Part shown: piece after piece, positions 55,983 to 64,000 of the stretch | Layout of the letters: every line of letters begins with the position of its first letter | How positions within the stretch are numbered: the stretch's first letter is position 1 | Assembly (NCBI GenBank): GCA_965209055.1 | Contig: OZ242374.1 | Span: 5,760,001-5,824,000 of the forward strand | DNA from: Acidobacteriota bacterium | Lineage (GTDB): Bacteria; Acidobacteriota; UBA6911; RPQK01; JAJDTT01 | Reading direction: 5' to 3' | Length of the DNA: 64,000 nucleotides | Position numbers and translations under genes: made by a program | The notes under the pieces: generated by a model | The model's database searches: none | Told to the model about the DNA's origin: nothing | Seen by the model: only the letters and a program-made list of their open reading frames with translations

Positions 55983-57614
55983 CTATCCACCCATCCTGAC
56001 CCGTTCGTCGATCGCGGCCACGGCCGCCTGGGCGGCCAGGGCGGCCCCTTCCTGCCAACCGGGCAAGGCGCTCAATTGGTCGCCGGCAAAATAGATCCTG
56101 CCATCGGGCCTCGTGAGCCGCTGCGGCGGCCTGTAGCTCTCCGGCCAGCCTCCCCGCTGGAACGGGACCTTGGACCAGGCGCGGCTCACGCCCGACTCCA
56201 TCTCGTCGCCATAACCGGCGTGGATGAGCTCGCCCTCGGCGATGGCGGCCTGCAAGCGGTCGGACGGCATCATTTCCGAGTAACGCAGACCGGGCTCGGG
56301 ATCCCAGATATAGGCCCCGAGGACGATCCCCTTTTCACGATGATAGCCGTAGGCCGGATACCAGATCTGCGTGATGTCCTGGTCGGTCCAGGAAATGCCG
56401 CCGTAGATGGCGTGGTCCTCCTCCCAGAAACGCCGCTGGGCCTGGAATCCGATCTTGACCGCGTTGGTGAACTCGATCGACGCGATCGCCGATTGCGTCG
56501 CAGGCGAGAAATCGTTGGGGATGTCCCTCAGGACCGGAGCAGGAATGGTGCAGATCGCGTAGTCCGCCTCCAAGGATTGTATGATGCCCCTGTAACTCCC
56601 GTACACGACAGCAACCGCGCCAGCCGTAGTCGGACTGTCGTGCGGCGTCCGGAACACGATACGAACGCCGTCAGTCGTTTTTCGAATCTCCTCGACGACG
56701 CTCCGATACACGATGAGAGGCTCCACCCGCTCTTTGAAGGCAGCCACAATGGCGTCCATTCCCCCGACAGGCTGCAGCAGGGTCGGGTTCTGATCGAGGA
56801 ATTGGCTGAAATGGAGCTTGTACTGCCAGAAGTCCGATCTGAGCAGTTGACTCAGATCGAGGGGGTCGTTCACGTCTCCCGGCGCCAGACCGGCATGGAC
56901 GTGAGGCCCCAGATGGCCGCCGCGGCTCGAGCCCACGTAGAGATCATCCGGGTCCAGATCGCCGTAGCTGCGGAGCAGGCCGAGGATCAGTTCCTTGTCC
57001 TCGCCGGTCAACTCACTGTCCAGGGCGTTGCGGTTCACCGCCTTGGCCAGAAGTTCGGCAATATATCCGCGGGTATCCGTCACAACCTGCCGGGCCGCGA
57101 CCGGCCCGTCGAATCGATCCTGGTTGTGGAAGAAAGCGGCCCGGTTGTCGTTGGTGAAGACCTCCAGGTCGACCCCAAATTCCCGGCAATACCCGAGAAT
57201 GGTGGTGTGATGGTAGGGCAGGCGGGCCGGCCCGAGGTTCACGTAGAGATGGTCTTCGGCATCGAAGTCCACCCATTGCCGGCTGTCCTCCTCCTCGATC
57301 ACGTCTCCGCTCCGAACCGTGAGGTTGCGCCCGCCCGCGCGGTCGGTGGCCTCCAGCACAACGCAGTCGTAACCCGCCTTCGACAATTCGTAGGCGGCGA
57401 CGAGGCCGGAGACGCCGGCCCCCAGGATGGCGACTCTCGTCCCGATTCCCGACCCCGGCGTCAACTGGAACCGGGTGGTACCGGCCGTAGCGGGGCTCGC
57501 CATGCCCAGCGCGTTCATGGTCCGATACATGGCGGCAACCCCGGAGACGGCGCCGATGGATTGCAGGAATTGGCGTTTGGTCATTTTCGGTTGCACGGTT
57601 TCACCTCCGTCCAC
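55983..57614 (-). CDS. Flavin monoamine oxidase / L-amino acid oxidase family, Tat-like signal
   Basis: TKRQFL, ILGAGVSGL, LEATDRAGGR, NLGPARLP, QPVGGMD, YFAGD...WQEGA. Confidence 0.9.
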   Translation of the reverse strand: MDGGETVQPKMTKRQFLQSIGAVSGVAAMYRTMNALGMASPATAGTTRFQLTPGSGIGTRVAILGAGVSGLVAAYELSKAGYDCVVLEATDRAGGRNLTVRSGDVIEEEDSRQWVDFDAEDHLYVNLGPARLPYHHTTILGYCREFGVDLEVFTNDNRAAFFHNQDRFDGPVAARQVVTDTRGYIAELLAKAVNRNALDSELTGEDKELILGLLRSYGDLDPDDLYVGSSRGGHLGPHVHAGLAPGDVNDPLDLSQLLRSDFWQYKLHFSQFLDQNPTLLQPVGGMDAIVAAFKERVEPLIVYRSVVEEIRKTTDGVRIVFRTPHDSPTTAGAVAVVYGSYRGIIQSLEADYAICTIPAPVLRDIPNDFSPATQSAIASIEFTNAVKIGFQAQRRFWEEDHAIYGGISWTDQDITQIWYPAYGYHREKGIVLGAYIWDPEPGLRYSEMMPSDRLQAAIAEGELIHAGYGDEMESGVSRAWSKVPFQRGGWPESYRPPQRLTRPDGRIYFAGDQLSALPGWQEGAALAAQAAVAAIDERVRMGG

Positions 57615-57683
57615 TCTTTTAAAAACGAGGGTGCGCCCACCTCCGTACGGAGCCGGAGGAAAGTCGATAGGAGCACGTAATTG

Positions 57684-57711
57684 TAACCAAATATTAACGA
57701 AAAATAACCAA
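57684..57711. promoter_or_regulatory. Three phased TAAC(C/G)AA direct repeats in the AT-rich region upstream of the oxidase
   Basis: TAACCAA 57684, TAACGAA 57695, TAACCAA 57705 (10-11 bp period). Confidence 0.4.
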
Positions 57712-57772
57712 GCAATATTTTTTTCGCCATCCGTTCACCGACGCGCGCCTGCCGCCAATCTGGAACCTTGCA

Positions 57773-58297
57773 CTAGGAGCCTGCGCCGTAGACCTCCGCA
57801 AGGGCCTTGTTTTCGACCCGGACCCGCGTGCGTAGCGCCAGAAGGTTCAGCACGGATGCGATCAACGCCAGTCCCCACGCGCCGAACATCAGCGGCACCA
57901 CGGCGATCTCTCCGCAAACGATCAGGTAGTTCGGGTGATTGACGTACCGGTACGGCCCGCTCCGGATACGCTTGCCGCCGGGGACGACCATGATGCGAGT
58001 GGTCCATCGCGAACCCAGGGTCGCGACGACCCACACCCGTCCGCATTCCAGCAGGACAAAAACGGCGAGCAGTGGGATCGACACCGGCGTCTTCGGATCG
58101 ATGGTGCCAAGCAGCGCCAGCAGCCAGCCGGTGTGCAGGGCCACAAGCGCGGGATAGTGCCGCCGGCCGAACTCAATCGCCCCCTCGGCCGCCAACGCCC
58201 GGTGGTTGCGCCGCGCGATGGCCAGTTCCACGAGACGCTGCAGAACAAGAAAGCCGACGATCAGGTACAGCGGGCTCAGGGGAAAGGAGATCGGCAT
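57773..58297 (-). CDS. Isoprenylcysteine carboxyl methyltransferase family (SrsB/BpsB-like)
   Basis: QRLVELAIARRN, EFGRRHY...LH, LGSRWTTRI, GPYRYVNHPNY, RVRVEN; coupled to the PKS gene. Confidence 0.88.
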   Translation of the reverse strand: MPISFPLSPLYLIVGFLVLQRLVELAIARRNHRALAAEGAIEFGRRHYPALVALHTGWLLALLGTIDPKTPVSIPLLAVFVLLECGRVWVVATLGSRWTTRIMVVPGGKRIRSGPYRYVNHPNYLIVCGEIAVVPLMFGAWGLALIASVLNLLALRTRVRVENKALAEVYGAGS

Positions 58298-59352
58298 CAC
58301 ATCGACTGCAACAGCAGAAATCCGGCCGAAAAACCGGGGCCCAGGCTGGTCAACAAGTGCCGATTGGCCGTGCCGTCCCTGAGGATTCGTTCGAGCACGA
58401 ACAGCACGGTGGCGGCCGACATATTGCCGTAGTCGCGCAAGACCGACCGGGATTGCTCCAAACCCCCGGCCGGGAGGTCGAACACTGCTTCGAGGGCGTC
58501 GAGCACCTTGGCGCCGCCGGGGTGGCAGACGAAGCTGTCGATATCTCGAAGGCGCAGATCCTGCGAGGAAAGAAACTCCTCCGTAACCTGCCGCATGTTC
58601 GAGCGCACCAAGTCGGGAATGCTGCGGGAGAACACGACTCCGAACCCGTCGTCGGCCACGTCCCACCCCATGATGTCGAGCGAATCGGGCCAGGTGTATT
58701 CGCCCCAAGAAGCGATCTCCGGACCCGGCCCGTCATCCGTCAGCAACACCGCGGCGGCCCCGTCACGGAACAGCGCAGTGGCGACGAGATTGCGCGCGGA
58801 TCGATCGCGGCCACGGAACGTGAGCGTACAGAGTTCTACGACCAGGACCAGAACTCGGCTGCCGGGAGCAGCACGCGCGCACGCCGCGGCACGGGCCAGC
58901 CCCAGCACGCCGCCCGCGCATCCCAGACCGAAGATCGGCAGTCTTTGCACGTCGCGGCGAAACGGCAGCTCGGTCATGAGCCTGGCGTCCAGGCTGGGCG
59001 TCGCGATACCGGTCGTCGAGACGGTGACGATGAGGTCGATGTCGCGCGGGTCGGTGTCTCCGTCGGCCAGGCAGCCCATGGCCGCCTCTTTCAGCAACGC
59101 CACCGCGTGTTCGAGGAAGAGCCGGTTCTTCTCCCCGAAGCCGTGCCCGTTTTCCGCGTACCAGCTCTTGGGCAGGCAGCAATACCCTTCTCCGATCTCC
59201 GCGTTGTCGTAGACATCCAGCAGGCGATCCAGGGCCGCGACGTCGCCGGCAAAGAACCTGGCGCCGAAATCCCTGACCTCGTCCTGGGTGATCCGGTGGG
59301 GCGGAACCACCGTAGCGATGGACCTGATTCGCGGACCCGAATCCGCTGTCAC
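58297..59352 (-). CDS. Type III polyketide synthase (SrsA/BpsA-like)
   Basis: Cys-His-Asn triad: GLGCAGG, CHPGG, GNMSA; STTGIATPSLDA, VELCT, LGPGF. Confidence 0.92.
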   Translation of the reverse strand: MTADSGPRIRSIATVVPPHRITQDEVRDFGARFFAGDVAALDRLLDVYDNAEIGEGYCCLPKSWYAENGHGFGEKNRLFLEHAVALLKEAAMGCLADGDTDPRDIDLIVTVSTTGIATPSLDARLMTELPFRRDVQRLPIFGLGCAGGVLGLARAAACARAAPGSRVLVLVVELCTLTFRGRDRSARNLVATALFRDGAAAVLLTDDGPGPEIASWGEYTWPDSLDIMGWDVADDGFGVVFSRSIPDLVRSNMRQVTEEFLSSQDLRLRDIDSFVCHPGGAKVLDALEAVFDLPAGGLEQSRSVLRDYGNMSAATVLFVLERILRDGTANRHLLTSLGPGFSAGFLLLQSM

Positions 59353-59393
59353 CGGCAACCCTCCCCTAGCCCGCACTAGACGACAACTTTAGG

Positions 59394-60569
59394 CTATTCC
59401 GACGGCGGGCTCCAGATCGTCGCACCGATGTAACGCTCGGGGCCGGAGGCCTCGTCGGTGAAGTAGTAGACCGCGACCACCTTGCCGTCCGGTCGCTGCA
59501 CGGCCCGGACGTAGCCGATGTCGCGGCTGGCGCCGTCGTCGCGGAGCGTAATGTGGTCGCCCCAGGTCCGGCCGCCGTCGCTGCTGAGCACCGCGCGAAT
59601 GCTGTAGGGCTCGGCCCGGTAGCCGTAGAGCAGGCAGATGCGTCCGTCCCGCAACCGGATCATGGCCGGCGGGTTTCCGATGCCCGCGTCGGGCACTGCG
59701 TCATTGAGGTATTCCCACGACGAACCGTTGTCGGTGGACAGGTACGTGGCGATCCAGCGTCGAGGTCCTTCGTGATCGCGGACCGTCGCCAGGATGTCCG
59801 AGTCGCCGAGCCGCACGGAGGCGGGCATGATGGAGAATCCCTCCCCCTGTTCCGGGGCGATCCAGGAGAGGAACTTCCACGTCTTGCCGCCGTCCGTGGT
59901 GCGGACGCAGAGGGGGCGGCCCTCCAGTCCGTTCGGCTTCGCCGCCGTGATGAACAGGGTACACGTGTCCTTGTCGTCGACGATGTAGTCGGTCCGCGGT
60001 GCGATTCCGGGAGTGCCGAAGCTGGGCAGCCGGAACGGACCCTTCCAGGAACGCCCCCGGTCATAGGAGTGGAACACCCGGCCGATTCCGGCGTGAATGC
60101 TGTTGGTGCGGACCGTCAGGGCGAAGTCGCGGTGGGTGAAATCGATGCCCCCTTCGCTCTCAAGCATGGGAGGAATCGTCAAACCCGGCCGCGTGACGCC
60201 GTGAAGATATCCGCCTTCGGTGATCAGGTAGCCGTTGGCCGTCGGGTCCTCCAACGTCCAGGTCTCGCCGCCGTCCAGACTCCTGGCCAGCATGGGAATC
60301 TCCGGTTTCTCGCGGTCGATGTGGTGCCGCAGACCGTGATCCTTGTAATGGCCCATGCCGAATCCGACGAGAATCTCCTCACCCCAGATCCAGATCCCAT
60401 GGTTGGCCGGCCAGCCGCCGAACATGCCCTTCTCGAAGTAGACCTTGACGTGTCGGGGTTGCTCCGCTTGGCTCGCACCCTCACTGCCCGAACCCGATTC
60501 GTCAGGGGCTGTGCAGGCCATGGCCCCCATCGACAGCACGCCTGCCGCGACAATATTTCTCCAAGTCAT
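59394..60569 (-). CDS. Sialidase-like / BNR (Asp-box) repeat lipoprotein
   Basis: Lipobox-like AMAC; Asp-boxes SLDGGETW, SYDRGRSW, TTDGGKTW, STDNGSSW, SSDGGRTW. Confidence 0.8.
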   Translation of the reverse strand: MTWRNIVAAGVLSMGAMACTAPDESGSGSEGASQAEQPRHVKVYFEKGMFGGWPANHGIWIWGEEILVGFGMGHYKDHGLRHHIDREKPEIPMLARSLDGGETWTLEDPTANGYLITEGGYLHGVTRPGLTIPPMLESEGGIDFTHRDFALTVRTNSIHAGIGRVFHSYDRGRSWKGPFRLPSFGTPGIAPRTDYIVDDKDTCTLFITAAKPNGLEGRPLCVRTTDGGKTWKFLSWIAPEQGEGFSIMPASVRLGDSDILATVRDHEGPRRWIATYLSTDNGSSWEYLNDAVPDAGIGNPPAMIRLRDGRICLLYGYRAEPYSIRAVLSSDGGRTWGDHITLRDDGASRDIGYVRAVQRPDGKVVAVYYFTDEASGPERYIGATIWSPPSE

Positions 60570-60778
60570 GGGATCCTCCATCTCTTATTCAATATTCGCC
60601 CGGTGGCCGTATCGAAATACCCGTCGCCGAACATACGAATCCCGGACCGTGTTGACAAGGCGCGGCGGATCTCCGGCCATGGAATTGCTTCTGAAGGTCC
60701 AGGGGCGTGGTCGAGCAGATTCCCCGTTCAACGTTCGAAATCCGAGTCGGGCAATCTGCTACATTCAACGGACCCAGC

Positions 60779-61583
60779 ATGAACCACAGCGAGATCACTA
60801 GCTTCATCTGGGGCGTGGCGGACCTGATCCGCGACACCTTCAAGCGCGGCAAGTACCAGGACGTGATCCTCCCGCTCACGGTGCTTCGCCGGCTCGACTG
60901 CGTGCTGGCCCCCACCAATTCACCATGGGCACGATCTTCGAGGAGCTCATCCGGAAGTTCAACGAGGCTCTGAACGAGAACCCGGGCGAGCACTTCACGC
61001 CCCGCGACGTGGTCCATCTCATGGTGGACCTGATGCTGGCCGGGGACGAGGATGAACTGCGCAGGAAGGGCGTTGCGCGGAGCGTCTACGACCCTTGCTG
61101 CGGCTCGGGCGGCATGCTCACCATCGCCAAGGAGCACACGACCCTCGGCGGGATCCGGGAGGGCGAGCGCCTGGGCGACCCCGTGAACCCGGACGCCGAC
61201 ATCCACCTGTTCGGGCAGGAGGTGAACCCGGAGACCTTCGGCATCTGCAAGTCGGACCTCTTCATGAAGTCGAAAGACGGCCGCGACGCGAACAGGGTCC
61301 TCTTTGGAAGCACGCTCTCGAACGACCGGCACGCCGGAACCGGCTTCGACTACATGATCGCCAATCCACCCTACGGCAAGGACTGGAAGCGCGACCGGGA
61401 CGCGGTGCGGGCCGAGCACGACCGGGGCGCCGCGGGCCGCTTCGCACCGGGCCTGCCCCGGATCAGCGACGGCCAGCTCCTGTTCCTGCTGCACATGCTC
61501 GCGCACGCCAAGGAACCGGCCCAGGGCGGCTCGCGGGTGGCCATCATTGTGAACGGTCCCCCCTCTTCACGGGCGATGCTGGA
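60779..61583 (+). pseudogene. hsdM: Type I restriction-modification methyltransferase remnant
   Basis: MNHSEITSFIWGVADL...LRRLDCVLAPT, then internal deletion/frameshift, MGTIFEELIRKF, GEHFTPR, YDPCCGSGG, NPPY, then 1-nt frameshift in NG(S)PLFTGDAG and loss of the C-terminus. Confidence 0.88.
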
Positions 61584-61719
61584 AGAGATGCGCGACGGTC
61601 CCAGCACCGGAATCGCTGCCGGAGTGGGAACGGCAGCACAGTCGGCTGAAAGTCGGCCGGGCTGCCGATTTTCTCCACACTACCGAAGGTCCGGAAAGTC
61701 ACGAGGACAATTGAGGCGC

Positions 61720-62139
61720 GTGCGTGACTCTTTGTTCGTGGACGCCAACGTGTTCATGTACCTTGCGGGCGGTGATGCCCGGTACCGGGAGGCCTGCCGA
61801 CGGGCTCTGCTGGCTGCGATTGAGCAGGGGATCTCGTTGATCACCAGCACAGGTGTACTGGAGGAGATCCTCCACTACCATGCCGCCCGAAGGCGGCCCG
61901 AAGACGCCCGTACCGTGTATGGTGCAGTGACCGAAATCTGCGAAGAGATACTACCGGTGACGGAACTCCAAACGGCCCGTGCGCTTGAGCTACTGGTGCG
62001 GCATTCTGGGTTGCCGGCACGAGATGCCCTGCACGTCGCGACGATGGAGGCCCACGGAGTCGAGCGGATGCTGTCGGCAGACCGGCACTTCGATCAGATC
62101 GACAACGTCATTTGTGTCGACCCGCTCGCCCCCCCTTGA
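61720..62139 (+). CDS. vapC: PIN-domain (VapC-like) ribonuclease
   Basis: FVDANVFMY, VLEE, ARDALHVA, LSADRHFD acidic tetrad. Confidence 0.85.
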   Translation: MRDSLFVDANVFMYLAGGDARYREACRRALLAAIEQGISLITSTGVLEEILHYHAARRRPEDARTVYGAVTEICEEILPVTELQTARALELLVRHSGLPARDALHVATMEAHGVERMLSADRHFDQIDNVICVDPLAPP

Positions 62140-62403
62140 TCCTCCGCCTGCCCTGGACGACCAACAGGCGGAGAAGGAAACAGTCGTCATGCCGCAAGAC
62201 ATGACGGCGGGTTGATCTCCGGGCGCGAGCGTCTCAGTCACGCGAGATCCCAGCCAAGCGGTTCAGAACGGCCTGAACACCCAGATTTTCGACCGCCACG
62301 GGTTTCCCGCTTGCGTTGTGCCGATGGAGGGTGCGTTGCCACCAGACCTGTTCATGGAATACACAATGGTCATCAACGCGAGGTAGACCATGTCTCTGTC
62401 AGA

Positions 62404-64000
62404 CCGAATCGGAACTTCACTTCGGGTAGTCGGTCTAACTGTTTCTCTATCAGGAAGATAGACGAAATCAACCTGGCCATTTACTGGCAACAAATCGGGT
62501 CGGATCCACGCCGAGCAAATCGAAAGCCTTCGCCTGCACCGGCGTCGGCTTGGCGAACATCGCAAACGGATGCTGCGGGGCGTTCGGCAGAGCCACCTGG
62601 TTCAGGGTGAGCGTTCCGAGATTCGCCAGCAGCGTCCGGAGGCTCTGCACCGGGAGCCCGTCAGCCGTCCGCTTGCGCGCGGCCTTGGACTTCGTGCGCT
62701 CGGACACCTGCGCTTTTTCCACCGGGGATTTCCGCAGCGCTCGCGCCCCGGCCCGATCCTCCTCCTCGAACAGCAGCGGCGCCAGGGCTCGCCGCAGGTG
62801 CCACTCCAGGTAATACGCCAGCAGACACAGAAAGACGTGCCCGCGCACATGGGCCTCGCTGTAGACGTACACCGGGCGCAGGGCCAGCTGCGCCGTCTTG
62901 AGCGAGCGAAACGCCCGTTCCACCCGGGAGAGACTCTTGTACGCCTCCACCGCCTCCGAAGCCCCGATCTCGGAGGCCGCCAGGCTGGTGCGCACGATGT
63001 AGATGCCATCCAGTTGAGCCTCCGCGTCGATCTTCTCCTGGTTCCTGGACCAGCGGATGTCGTCGTCTCTCACCTCGATCCGGAAGTGCTTGGCGACCTT
63101 CTTGCGGTTCACGTCCCGGCCCACCCGGCGGTTGATCGCCTGTTGGCCGCGCAGCCGCGATCTCGGGGAGCGCACAGCCTTGGCGATTGTCTCCAGGATC
63201 TTTTCGGTCGCGCGGAGCAGTTCCTCCCGCTTGCGGGCGCGGTCCTCGCGCAAGCGGGGATTGAGGCAGACCAGCAAGCGTTCTCCGGGAAATTCCGGGC
63301 TGAGGATCTCCGCGACCCCGTCCGGAACCAACTCGCCCGGCCGCAACGGAGCCGGCTGATCTCCTTCAGTGCCCGATTTGGACGGCCGCATCAGCTTGCG
63401 GATGGCGTCGGTTCTCAAGGCCGAGATCCAGGCCAGTCCGGCCGGTGAGAGATCCTCGCGCAGCCGCGCCGTGGTGAGCATGCCCCGATCCCCGACCAAG
63501 GCGATGGACTCGATGCCGAAACGCCCCTGGATCTTCTCGACCTGCGACGCCACCGTCTTCGGATCCCCCGTGTTGCCGGAGAAGACCTCCACGGCCAGCG
63601 GGCAGCCGTCCTCGGCGCACAGCAGACCGAAGACGATCTGGGGCTTGCCTTTCTTGCCGTCCCGGTTATGGCCGAACGCGGCCAGAGGACAGGAGCGTCC
63701 CTCCAGATAGCTGGAGGAGACGTCGTAAAGCAGCAGGGTCCGGCCCTCCAGATGCCGTCGCGCCAAGCTCTTCTCGATCCAGACCTGGCGGCGAACCAAC
63801 CAGTCGAGCATGCCGAGCATCTCGTTGCCGTGGACCGGCCCGAGGCCGAGGAGCGGGCCGAGGCTGGTGGTGGCGGTCTGGGGAGACAGGTTCCGGGCGG
63901 TGGCGAGCTTGGAAGCGGGATCCAGCACGCGGGCGACGATGGCGGCGAGGGCGAGGTCGCGGTTGCGGCTGCGGTTGCGGTGCAGGAGGCGTGTCAGACC
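62404..64000 (-). mobile_element. IS1634-family insertion sequence; left end outside window, right end approximate
   Basis: Transposase plus a candidate terminal sequence CCGAATCGGAACTTCAC at about 62404. Confidence 0.7.
62468..64000 (-). CDS. IS1634-family DDE transposase, 5' end outside the window
   Basis: PASKLATAR, LYDVSSSYLEG, FGHNRDGKKG, VFSGNTGD, VGDRGM, YKSLSRVERAFRSLK, RPVY, HVFLCLLAYY. Confidence 0.93.
   Translation of the reverse strand, partial: GLTRLLHRNRSRNRDLALAAIVARVLDPASKLATARNLSPQTATTSLGPLLGLGPVHGNEMLGMLDWLVRRQVWIEKSLARRHLEGRTLLLYDVSSSYLEGRSCPLAAFGHNRDGKKGKPQIVFGLLCAEDGCPLAVEVFSGNTGDPKTVASQVEKIQGRFGIESIALVGDRGMLTTARLREDLSPAGLAWISALRTDAIRKLMRPSKSGTEGDQPAPLRPGELVPDGVAEILSPEFPGERLLVCLNPRLREDRARKREELLRATEKILETIAKAVRSPRSRLRGQQAINRRVGRDVNRKKVAKHFRIEVRDDDIRWSRNQEKIDAEAQLDGIYIVRTSLAASEIGASEAVEAYKSLSRVERAFRSLKTAQLALRPVYVYSEAHVRGHVFLCLLAYYLEWHLRRALAPLLFEEEDRAGARALRKSPVEKAQVSERTKSKAARKRTADGLPVQSLRTLLANLGTLTLNQVALPNAPQHPFAMFAKPTPVQAKAFDLLGVDPTRFVASKWPG

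Noticed and set aside
62230-62400. Short plus-strand frame (...QAVQNGLNTQIFDRHGFP...) faintly like a group II intron maturase tail
   Set aside because: The similarity is too weak, and no RT motifs or intron domain V/VI structure were recognised.

Overview
High-GC bacterial chromosome segment, probably Acidobacteriota. This rests on the Oar-type TonB-dependent receptor C-terminus, bshC-bshB1, PQQ-like propellers and Tat-exported Gfo/Idh/MocA protein; the taxonomy is an inference. Positions 1-55.9 kb are mostly housekeeping and metabolic genes: mmsA, Fur-rubrerythrin fusion, pepF, tRNA-Val, proC, bioB, yqgF-mltG, ABC exporter pair, bshCB1, comEA, phnA, pilD, tolC, nnr-tsaE, four minor pilins, ubiE, aroB, thiS-thiG fusion, a prenyl-lipid operon, nuoJKLMN and greA. 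Positions 56-64 kb look accessory: amino acid oxidase, type III PKS plus methyltransferase, sialidase-like protein, decayed hsdM, PIN toxin and IS1634. The most striking observation is a 1250-bp element (29066-30315) whose only gene is a TnpB with an intact RuvC triad. It is bounded by 23-bp terminal inverted repeats and an exact 8-bp target-site duplication, which is DDE (IS1595-like) end architecture and not the IS200/IS605 or IS607 architecture normally associated with TnpB. Other notable items are a structured MITE whose ends overlap a stop codon and a start codon, a 4-bp duplication frameshifting proC, a VTE5/VTE6-like kinase fusion next to a UbiA prenyltransferase, and an hsdM fragment reading in frame into a PIN nuclease. 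All calls come from reading the sequence; no database searches were run.
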